From Catajapyx aquilonaris (Eukaryota), in NCBI GenBank assembly GCA_000934665.2, contig KZ538716.1:1-51970 (forward strand): a stretch of DNA of 51,970 nt, written 5' to 3'. Positions 44,101-51,970 of this stretch are shown here, in pieces (within the stretch, counting starts at the first letter, position 1; the number at the start of each line of letters is the position of its first letter). The notes under the pieces are model-generated. The model did no database searches. It saw only the letters and a list, made by a program, of their open reading frames with translations, and was not told where the DNA came from. The translations under genes were made by a program, and so were the position numbers.

Positions 44101-47100
44101 TTATGATGTGTCATAAATTACAGTTTACAGAATTTACAGAATATGTTTACGTATGCCAGTGTTTTCAATATGAGAAATACCATACCTGGGAAAGGTAGTA
44201 CATGTGAGTTCCTTGAACATTGTCCAGTGCATTTATTGCTCCTCTGAAGGCATAGATCTGCTGGTTGGGATCGCCAACAATTACCTTTGGGCAACACTGG
44301 TTCAGGAACACAGCAAACATAGCTGTATAAAATAAACAAAAATGTAAGTAATATCTATAATTGCCAATTAATAATTCAAAAATACAAAACATTGGGAACA
44401 AGTCTGCACAGGTTCAGGGTGGTCAGTTACTCCCGCATAATGGCCATGCAATCTTCCTAGTCCAAAAATCGAACTTCCCTACCTCAGTTCTGGCTATACT
44501 CCTTGGCCATTAAAACATTTTTCTTGCAGTAATTTATAGTGTGACATTCCACTGTGAATGATAGGCCTATCCCATGTGAATTATGTGGGCTAAACAACTA
44601 CGATGCTACAAGTGCTTAAGAAGAGTACCAGTAGCAAAACAAATAATATTTTCATATATTCCCATGGTGATGGCACCAAATTTTTATAACTATAAACAGT
44701 TTAATAACTAAATTGTAACTAACTTTTTCTTACATGAAATAATGTCTCACATCCAAATATGACATTGATAATTATTTTGGTCTTGAATTGCCCCACCTGG
44801 CCATTATGCATTTTGCCATGCATAAATGTCACAATACTGGTTTTTGTGAGATTTCACCTCTCTATGCCTTGCATGTAACACATAACAAGAACAACAACAA
44901 CATCACGACATTTCCCTATGAGGGGTAGTCAGCGATGAAGGGAGACGCAAGCTAACCCAACATATTAACTAATAAAACTCATGAGAATAAACCTAAAAAC
45001 AACCTGTCCCACCCCCCCTCCCCTGCCCGCCTCAGAAACAGACACTCAATATTAAATTAAATATTAAGCTCCCCATTTACTTAAATACAGGGACTGTGAC
45101 TTCAAATCAAACCTGCACTCCCAGTCACTTAGAAAACTGCATGAGACTTTTGGTGATCCTGCTCCTTCCCAAGCAACTGCTGATAAGTAATTTATACAGT
45201 TTAACCCAGATATGTTGGGAAATTATTTTGTTGAATTAATTGTGAACTTTTTTTGTTTTATTAGTTCATATTAGCTCACAAAACACAAAAATCAATATAA
45301 AACATTTTTCTGAATGCTTGTTTGCGAGAAATTGGCCATTCCATATAATTATGGGATGCTAGGAAAATGTAACCTAGTATGGCTATAATAGTTGTTGATT
45401 ACATTATCATGGCAACAATGACATTCAGCAATATCCATAGTTTCATAATATCACCAATGATTGAGTGTTGTCGATTGCATTACTACGGACACAGGCCGTG
45501 CAAAGAAGGGGTTGTAATTTAGTCACAATCAACAACAATCAAGTATTGTTGCCACGATTGCCATGGTAACCCGTTGCCATGTAATCTCGTTTTAATGATA
45601 TGGATTCATTAAAATACAGCTCAACAATGCATACAAAATCAACACACATACTTTATTTGCCCAAATGTGGGTGCATTTGCCTCTTGTGTTCCCCAGAGGG
45701 GACACCAGATTTCAGCACTACTCTCAGGCAAGGAAAGTAAAAAAATATGCCTATAATTATTTCCACATCGACATCATCATTAATAAGTTTTCTCAGTATT
45801 ACTGAGACGTTCATGTGTCAATAGGACCGTGGACGTGTGGTTGTTTGTTGGATAGGTGTAAATGGCATAGGTTAATTAATGGGTAGAATATTCACGGGTT
45901 TGTGAGGAATGGCAGTGTCCATTGAATTCTTCCGAATGGCTAGAATGTTTGCAGGTTGGTGGGAGGAGTCGGCGTCTGGGACTTCATACTCGGGCTCTGG
46001 GTGCTGTGCAGAACTACAAGGTTGGCAAATATCTCTTGCACAGTAATGCATAGGTTGACACCGGTAGTCATGCTTGCAAGGGTGTCTGCCTCTCTCTCTG
46101 TCCTGCACAGCATTTCCGTCGCATAATAATCCTTTACATGTGCAGTATTTGAGCAGTACAAAATAATGCTTCGTAATACAAGGAAGATGTGAGTTTATAT
46201 TTGTTCAAGAAATGCTGGATACTGTTCTCAGAGTTACAAATGAATTCATATTTAACAAATTACTTCCACTCTCATCCCCTTGACCCCTTCCTGCATATTT
46301 TCACGCAGAGCCGAAAAAATAGTCACACCTATTCGCCATATTGAATCCGCCATGCTGAATTTTATAATTTTGACACTAGATTTGAAATCAGGGACATGGA
46401 AACCTTAGTAAAAAAATTTGAAGGTAATGAATATTTCCATTTTTGTCCACCTTTTTTGCAATCCGCGGCACTGTGCAGTGTTCCAGAAAACATGGCATCA
46501 GTGCTGCTCGGATTTGTTCAAGAATATGAAATACCACATATTGTGGAGTCGCCGGTCAGAACGTCACATATCCACGGAGACAAATTTTCCGCCAGGGCAT
46601 GATTTCTGCAATAGCTACCAGGAGCCTCACATATGCTTGGACATGGTTATACAGTTGCAGTGCCAATAGAGAATGACAAGAATCAAGCCATGGGCGCTGC
46701 CATGTTGACACGCTCACTCTCCATGATTGACCATTTGGGATATGTGTCACTATGCCCCACAGCAGTAAGAGAAAGCATGACATTTTGCTCCACCACTCAT
46801 TTTTAATGCTGAAAACAAAATGGTTTCTGTGTCGCTTTGAAACACAGGAGTTTCTGTAACTATGCATTTGAAGGTGAACAATATTTTAGTACCCAAATCT
46901 CATTTTCGCCCACGGATGAATATGTGACGTTTTGTCCGGCGACTCTACATATACAGTACTGTATGCTAGGAAGTAGTACTTTGAGAAAAAGTCAAAAGAT
47001 AAGGGTGCTGGTACTTCATTAAGTATGTCAATTCTCAAAACTATCTGAGCAACTTCTTATCACATATGCCACCAATAAGGGGTCGTGCAAATACCACGTG

Positions 47101-49804
47101 ACCGTTTTGGGGGGGGGGGGGGGGGGGGGNNNNNNNNNNNNNNNNNNNNNNNNNNNNNNNNNNNNNNNNNNNNNNNNNNNNNNNNNNNNNNNNNNNNNNN
47201 NNNNNNNNNNNNNNNNNNNNNNNNNNNNNNNNNNNNNNNNNNNNNNNNNNNNNNNNNNNNNNNNNNNNNNNNNNNNNNNNNNNNNNNNNNNNNNNNNNNN
47301 NNNNNNNNNNNNNNNNNNNNNNNNNNNNNNNNNNNNNNNNGGGGGGGGGTTTCAATGGATACCACGGTCAGTCACTGGGGGGGGGGGGTCAAAAAGTGGC
47401 CTAAAATCGGACACGTGGTATTTGCAGGACCCCTAATAAACAGGCATTTGGCAGTGATGCTATATCTTTATGTAAGGAAAAACTGTTTATGCACATACAG
47501 TATAGCCCAAACTTCAGAAAGCAAAATGAGCAAATAGGCTTCATTCTACTCTAGGTTGCAGCAGATGGGTTGAGTTACCACAAGAACTTAACACAACTGA
47601 CATTTTTTAGAACCTGCCACCCACTTTGTGTGACTGGTTCTCGCAAATTTCAGCTGCAAACTTGAGTAGATGCCATATAACAACAGACATCACCAGCACC
47701 CTTTATTGTAATGTTGTAATGACAGTACTGACCACCATTCATGTCCTGAGCTTCATCAATAAGGAGGCAATCAATTTGATATTCATGCATCAATTTGGGG
47801 TCCTCCAACTGCCACTTCTTGAGGTATCCATCATGCGTCATCGCCAGTGAGTCGCTACTTAGGTCACACATTGAATCCCATACCATCTGGGTATCCTCCA
47901 CTAAAAACTGCACCCAAATGTTAGTATATAAAATACATAAGCCTTTTTTGGCAATGATTTAACTCACCAGCCTGTCCCTTTCTGCCAACTTCACTGATTC
48001 TTCGCCCCATTCATATGGTACGTGTTCCAAGGTGACACACATATCAGGGGATGACATGAAGCGGTTAAGGCAGTGAAGCACTATGCTGCAGCGCCGCATG
48101 AAGTTCCCCCTGACTGTTCCCACAGGTAGCACATGGGCACTCATCAGGTCCATTGTTGTTAGTTTAAACTTTAATTTTCTGGAATACCTGTTGATCCATG
48201 ATTTATAAACATCTCTTTTGTCACAAGAATATGTGCAGTTAATGTCATTTAACATTTTATTTTTTTTCAAATACCTGCCCCCACCTTCCTTGGAATCTAA
48301 TACTGTGCATGTACAGGGTGTCCACAATGAACTTCCCTAGTTTTAACTTGCTACTCTTGCACAAGTTACTGAACCATGGTGTTGAAATTGTACAAATGAG
48401 AAGGGACACTTATCAAGTTTATGTAAAAAAAAATCCGTAGCCTTCCACGTGTGTTCCTTTAGTACCAAGCACAATAATTTTAAGGTTATAATCTCCCTCC
48501 TCTGAGGTTCTCTCCAGCATGTCAGGGGTGATGGAGGACATGTCATTATTTGGGATGACCATTTTACTTGAATAGACTCTGTCTTGGAATTGTGGAAAGG
48601 GGAAATGTCAAGCATGTCCTTCACTTTTGTGATAGACTTAAGCTCGGTTAACCACCACAGAACTTGCGTTTTTCCCTCTGTAGATGCTATGTTTGCATCT
48701 TCTGACAGCATCCCCCACAGGAGCACTACCACATCACATATGCTGTTCCAAAAATTCAGGATGAAACTTGTAGGGTCTCCAGACCATTTAAGGAACAAAA
48801 GCCTTAAATACCCCATGAGATGCAATCAAGGCGACTGCCAATTTCGCAAGCGAAATGCAATGATTTGCAGAGCCTCATGCCATTGATACCCCAGGGTTAT
48901 AGACATTTTTATGTGGACCTGCCCTTTGCCACATGTGGTACTGATGTTGATAAATAAAGACTGATGCTGACAACCATATTGGTTTTAATTGTTGCACGTG
49001 CCCCATGGTATGTACCATTAATAATGACTTTCAAACCAACGCAACGGTGGGATGTACACAAGAATTGGGGTGGGTCTTCAAAGTTTGAAATTGCAATAAT
49101 TCAGTTTCACATGAGATGGACCTTGATCGTTTTTCTCCACAGGTCTTCAATTACAAAAATTTTCTTCCTACAATGCCAATAAATTTGTTGGAATTTCCAG
49201 GAACAGCCCTTATACCAGTATATTGCTACCCCCATGAGCTTAGCTATTCTCCCCCACCAAGGGGGGTTGGCCACGTTTGGCGCTAGAGTCAAGTGCTAGT
49301 ATATAGCGGGGCAATTCTGAACCATTATGATCGACTCCGATTGGCTGGAGTCTGAAAGGCCTCATGTGGAGAGCCATGTTGTGGCCCAAGGAGGCCAGCC
49401 AATCGGAGTCGACCCTAATGGTGCAGGATTGCCCCGCTAGGTAAGGCACCGCCACCTGTAGTGGCACTTGACTCTAGCGCCGAACATGGCCAAACCCCCT
49501 CGGTGGGGGAGATCAGGTAATCTGACGCGAAAAGAGGGAGAGTGAAGGGGGACTGTCCAGAAATTAAAAAATGGCCTGAACGAGAAGCAAGCTTATAAAC
49601 TGTCTTAAATGTTGCTCACCTTCTTCCAGTCGCTGCAAAGGCAACAGAATGAGCAGTTCTGCACTTAACATTCCTGGGGAAGGTCCTCTCTGCATGCAAC
49701 TGCACACTCTTATTGAACATAACAAGCAGAAAGTTCATGTCCGGATGAGTCTGAGCAAATCTTGCTAATGTTGTCGTCTTTCCCGAGCCAGCCATTGCTA
49801 TCAC
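29838..49804 (-). CDS. FBH1: F-box DNA helicase 1 (FBH1/FBXO18, UvrD-family SF1 helicase), 5'-partial, 10 exons, 648 aa visible
   Basis: Exons in transcript order: 49804-49620, 48187-47968, 47907-47733, 44322-44186, 43994-43716, 43445-43388, 40739-40548, 36528-36230, 30492-30355, 30101-29838. All GT-AG and phase-consistent (1947 nt). Motifs: AMAGSGKTTTL (I), VMFNKS (Ia), RTAHSVAF, THDGYLKKWQL (FBH1-typical), LLIDEAQD (II), VGDPNQQIYAFRGA (III), LSQSFRFG (IV), STVHKAKGLEWD (V), YVALTRAKRRL (VI), and C-terminal CLYC...GGVLCPSC. The F-box exons were not found in the window. Confidence 0.9.
30690..31627. repeat. Near-perfect long inverted repeat, about 366-bp arms and 206-bp spacer
   Basis: 30690-31055 is the reverse complement of 31262-31627 with only a handful of mismatches. 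Confidence 0.93.
31656..32000. repeat. Degenerate foldback element
   Basis: Nested inverted blocks, e.g. TATCCTGACAAGTATAGATACC versus GGTATCCATACTTGTCAGGATA; GGCATGGCATGG versus CCATGCCATGC; ATGGGTGGTAG versus CTACCACCCAT. Confidence 0.7.
32320..32855. mobile_element. Foldback MITE with about 140-bp inner arms
   Basis: 32423-32562 pairs with 32591-32730. Outer arms TGTAGCTTGTTG versus CAACAAGCTACA. Confidence 0.8.
32900..33442. mobile_element. Tc1/mariner-like MITE
   Basis: TA|CAGGGTGTCCACAATGAACCTCCCTAGTTTCAA ... TTGAAACTAGGGCGGTTCATTGTGCACACCCTG|TA. A second copy starts at 48314. Confidence 0.88.
33598..34065. mobile_element. piggyBac-like MITE
   Basis: TTAA|CCCTTAACTACGTAGG ... CCTACGTAGTTAAGGG, with internal GAGCCTGAG inverted repeats. 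Confidence 0.7.
34517..36166. mobile_element. Non-autonomous piggyBac-like element with internal degenerate tandem repeats, carrying a nested Tc1 MITE
   Basis: TTAA TSD at 34513-34516 and 36167-36170. TIR CCCCTTGGGTCCCAGCTATAC..GCCATCGCCTAG versus CTAGGCGATGGCAGTATAGCTGGAGCCCAAAGGG. Repeated TTTTGGAAATTAATTTAGGGACTTCTAGA units. Confidence 0.85.
35161..35544. mobile_element. Tc1/mariner-like MITE with about 130-bp TIRs nested in the piggyBac-like element
   Basis: TA|CAGGGTGGTCCAACTTTTTTGTCC ... GGACAAAAAAGTTGGACCACCCTG|TA. Confidence 0.9.
36945..37125. mobile_element. hAT (Charlie-group) MITE
   Basis: TIR (T/C)AGTGGTTCCCAACC / GGTTGGGAACCACTG. Perfect TSD TTCTAGAC at 36937-36944 and 37126-37133. 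Confidence 0.88.
37186..37522 (+). mobile_element. 5'-truncated SINE family B with (ATT)25 tail
   Basis: Shares the core CTCTGGCTTCGTCTCGGGTGG...CAGACTAA.CCACCC.GGGG with 37804-38187. (ATT)n runs 37448-37522. Confidence 0.8.
37804..38187 (+). mobile_element. tRNA-derived SINE family B with (ATT)n tail and 14-bp TSD
   Basis: Head GGGAGACGGAGTGGCGCCGCG, B-box GGTTCGATCCC. TSD TTATCACCAAAGAG at 37790-37803 and 38188-38201. Confidence 0.88.
38601..40085. mobile_element. Non-autonomous hAT element with subterminal tandem arrays
   Basis: CAGGGA...TCCCTG termini. Perfect 8-bp TSD GTTTCACG at 38593-38600 and 40086-40093. A 40-bp GGGACGGAAAT array at 38660-38915 and an inverted ATTTCCGTCC array at 39695-40010. 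Confidence 0.88.
38996..39507. mobile_element. Harbinger- or Kolobok-like MITE nested in the hAT element
   Basis: TTAA|GGCAGGTTCACACTAGCTGCCGGTAGCATACGAAA ... TTTCGTATGCTCCCGTCAGCTAGTGTGAACCCCCC|TTAA. Confidence 0.8.
41797..42066 (+). mobile_element. tRNA-derived SINE with a V-domain-like core
   Basis: A-box TGGCCGAGTGG, B-box AGTTCGATCCC, core GTTCTCTCCGTGTTCGCGTGGGTTTTCTCGGGGTTCTCCCGTTTCCTCCCAC, 3' stem-loop and (ATT)n tail. Confidence 0.8.
42565..42830 (+). mobile_element. tRNA-derived SINE family A, slightly 5'-truncated
   Basis: Highly similar to 8430-8695. Confidence 0.85.
44890..45066 (-). mobile_element. 3' end of the RTE LINE family seen at 4716-5655
   Basis: Reverse complement of 5478-5655, including the (GTT)n tail. 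Confidence 0.8.
45804..45885 (+). mobile_element. Internal RTE LINE fragment
   Basis: Matches 5208-5299 (GAGACGTTCATGTGTCAATAGGACC...GGTTAATTAATGGGTA). Confidence 0.75.
47079..47433. mobile_element. PIF/Harbinger-like MITE spanning an assembly gap
   Basis: TAA|GGGGTCGTGCAAATACCACGTG ... CACGTGGTATTTGCAGGACCCC|TAA. N-gap at 47130-47340 inside poly-G tracts. Confidence 0.8.
48314..48812. mobile_element. Second, truncated copy of the Tc1-like MITE at 32900-33442, opposite orientation
   Basis: TA|CAGGGTGTCCACAATGAACTTCCCTAG, with an interior that is the reverse complement of the 32950-33420 interior. Confidence 0.8.
49248..49512. repeat. Fully palindromic foldback/MITE
   Basis: TCTCCCCCACC...GGCGCTAGAGTCAAGTGC versus GCACTTGACTCTAGCGCC...GGTGGGGGAGA. 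Inner pair TCGACTCCGATTGGCTGG versus CCAGCCAATCGGAGTCGA. Confidence 0.85.
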
Positions 49805-51970
49805 CTTTAGGAAAATAACAAATAACAGATAAGAAGCTAGATGGGGCAAATTGTTCTATAAACATGAAAGTACAGTAGCCTATACAAAGCACACATGGAC
49901 ACCCTTCCATTTAGAAATATTTCCCCCACAAACTTTCAAAAGTATCAGAAAACCCATATGTCTGATCAGTTGCCACTGTCTATAGAAGAACAAAGACAAT
50001 GCAACTTTAATGTGAACAACTGTGGTTCTCTCACTCGTGAGGAAAATCAGTCATTCCTCAGTTTCTGCCAACACTGGTGAAATGTCATTTGGTCAATGTG
50101 GTTGCCTAGTTAAATGGCCCATGCAACTGATACTTTTTTTCTTGCCACATTGTTACAGTCAACTGTCAAGCTTGGACTATACAATATAGATGCTTTTACT
50201 CAACAGGCCAATCATGCTCGAGACAGGGTTGATATAACAAGTAAGATAAACTCAAAGTGGGTCACAGTAGGAACCATGGTCTTAAAATACTAAGGTCTGG
50301 ACACTCTCCCTCTTATCGCTTAAAGGGGCTGGCGGGGTGGTAATGTGGTGGGGGATCACGAAAGCGATGTTAGGGCGCCACGACTCCTGCAAAACTAACA
50401 GGGTCCTCTGCACTTAGGTAGAAGCACACGTGTGGTGTAGGGGCATAGATTTACTCTATGGCTTCTACAAGTGCAGAGGAGCCCATTTATTCCTCGGCAG
50501 TCATGGCGCCTTAACCTGTTGAGGGCAACTTATGTGCCTCATATGAGGATCTGCAGATGTTTGAATTTGGCATGCTAAAATGTGCACAGAGAATTCGAAC
50601 TTTTCGGTTCCAAATTTGGTTCAATATACTCCTGCCATCTCTTAGATGGTGACTAAAGTACCATGACCTTCCCACAATCCACTGGGCAGGACCAAAGCTG
50701 AGTCGACATGCCAAGACCACGCGGCTGCTGCGTCATCTTTCATGTAAAAAAAACGCCCTGAGTACAGGGTGTCCGTCAAGTCTGGACCCTCAGGAGTTTC
50801 TCATAGTACAGTGTTGTGGTAATATTATGCAACCATAATAACAGTGTTTAGTGATTACGGGCTGCAAAATGAACGCCCGCCTGCAAGTACTTGCAGTAAA
50901 CAAGTTACCTGCGTTCCGTCGCCATGGTTACGGCGCGAGCTAAAAAGAACACCGTTTTCGTGCGGCTGCAAATGTTGCGGTCGGCCTGCAAGTAGGCAGG
51001 TTTGGAAATACAGAAATCGACGGGAGGGAAGCCATATCATGACGTCACGATTGTTGTACCCATTGTTATAGTACCTAGAATAAACTAGTATGCCGATCGG
51101 GTATCCCTCCAACGGAAAAGCTCAGCCTCCCAAAAAATCGAACGCCGCACCGCCAGGCGGCACTGCTGTCGACAGATGTTCATCTCCCCTGCCTGCCGCT
51201 TATACGGCGGGCTGCATGGACGCGGGTAGTTTTATGCCTACAATTGCTGTTTATTGTGCTCGGATAATTATCATTATTTTTTGCGGTAGACTTTAAACCA
51301 TAACTAACTACAGTTCGGTGCAGGTCCATCGTCTCGGGGAACATGCTGGAGTGAGAGAGAAGCTCTAAATGTGGCTATCTGAACCTGCAGCACAGAAATT
51401 AATAATCTCTGCAGCATTCTTCATATACAGATCTTTCAGCTTTGAATATGGGCCGGGGCCCTCCACCCCACCTTGACTTGATGTAAGCATTATAGGGATA
51501 GGTGTTCAGTGTACCACCACCACCACCACCATCATACATTCATATATCTTTCATATAGGCTATCACAGAATATTATGGTCCAGAGCCACCCGCCATCCAA
51601 TGACAGCCCAATAATGTACATGGTCATCACAATTTTTCATCGTCATCCATTGCCAGTCGTCCAGTCAAAGATAAAGCACAATATTTTGATAAAATTTGGT
51701 CTCACCTAGTTATAACAATATGGGATTATTCAGACCCGGGCAGCGAGTTTTAACGCGGCTATTTTGGCAGACGGTATATTTAGAGGTAGCTATAATGACA
51801 GATAGGAACAAGCTCCAGATTTTTTTGCCTGACATTTGGTGCGAAACTGCATTGTGATATCAGTTATTCCATAGTAGAGCAATTCCACGTAAAAGTAAAC
51901 ATCTGGGACAAAAATTGAAAATGACTTGTTGGCAATGTGTGATACGTCGTTGGAATCAGAAAGAACCCAA

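Noticed and set aside
47041..47537. ORFs containing X runs
   Set aside because: Artefact of the assembly gap at 47130-47340 inside a G-tract MITE.
49850..51970. Candidate upstream FBH1 exons (donors near 50516 and 51706, acceptor near 51385)
   Set aside because: None encodes the expected LTxEQxxI pre-motif-I segment or an F-box. The 5' exons probably lie beyond the window.

Overview
Eukaryotic, very probably arthropod, genomic DNA (the uridine phosphorylase is of the Drosophila CG6330 type); it is not prokaryotic. Four protein-coding genes could be built by hand with consistent GT-AG phases. (1) A two-exon secreted single-WAP-domain peptide (-, 6353-6655) with a TATA box and a cluster of immune-type motifs. 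(2) A 7-exon uridine phosphorylase (+, 11753-17674). (3) An intronless-CDS MPPE1/PGAP5 metallophosphoesterase (-, 24479-25606). (4) The last 10 exons of an F-box DNA helicase 1 (FBH1/FBXO18) gene (-, 29838-49804), whose 5' exons were not found in the window. A frameshifted MTCH2/Mtch-like pseudogene fragment lies at about 26860-27340. Introns and intergenic DNA are dense with non-autonomous DNA transposons (hAT, Tc1/mariner, piggyBac, Harbinger-like, P-like), tRNA-derived SINEs (one with a V-domain core), RTE LINE remnants and many long inverted repeats. I found no clearly new multi-gene system. The best leads are FBH1 retention in an arthropod, a Cys4 N-terminal exon on UPP, the WAP peptide promoter, the MTCH2 relic, SINE tail swapping, and hairpin-tiled FBH1 intron and 3' UTR sequence. 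Family assignments come from recalled motifs, not database searches.
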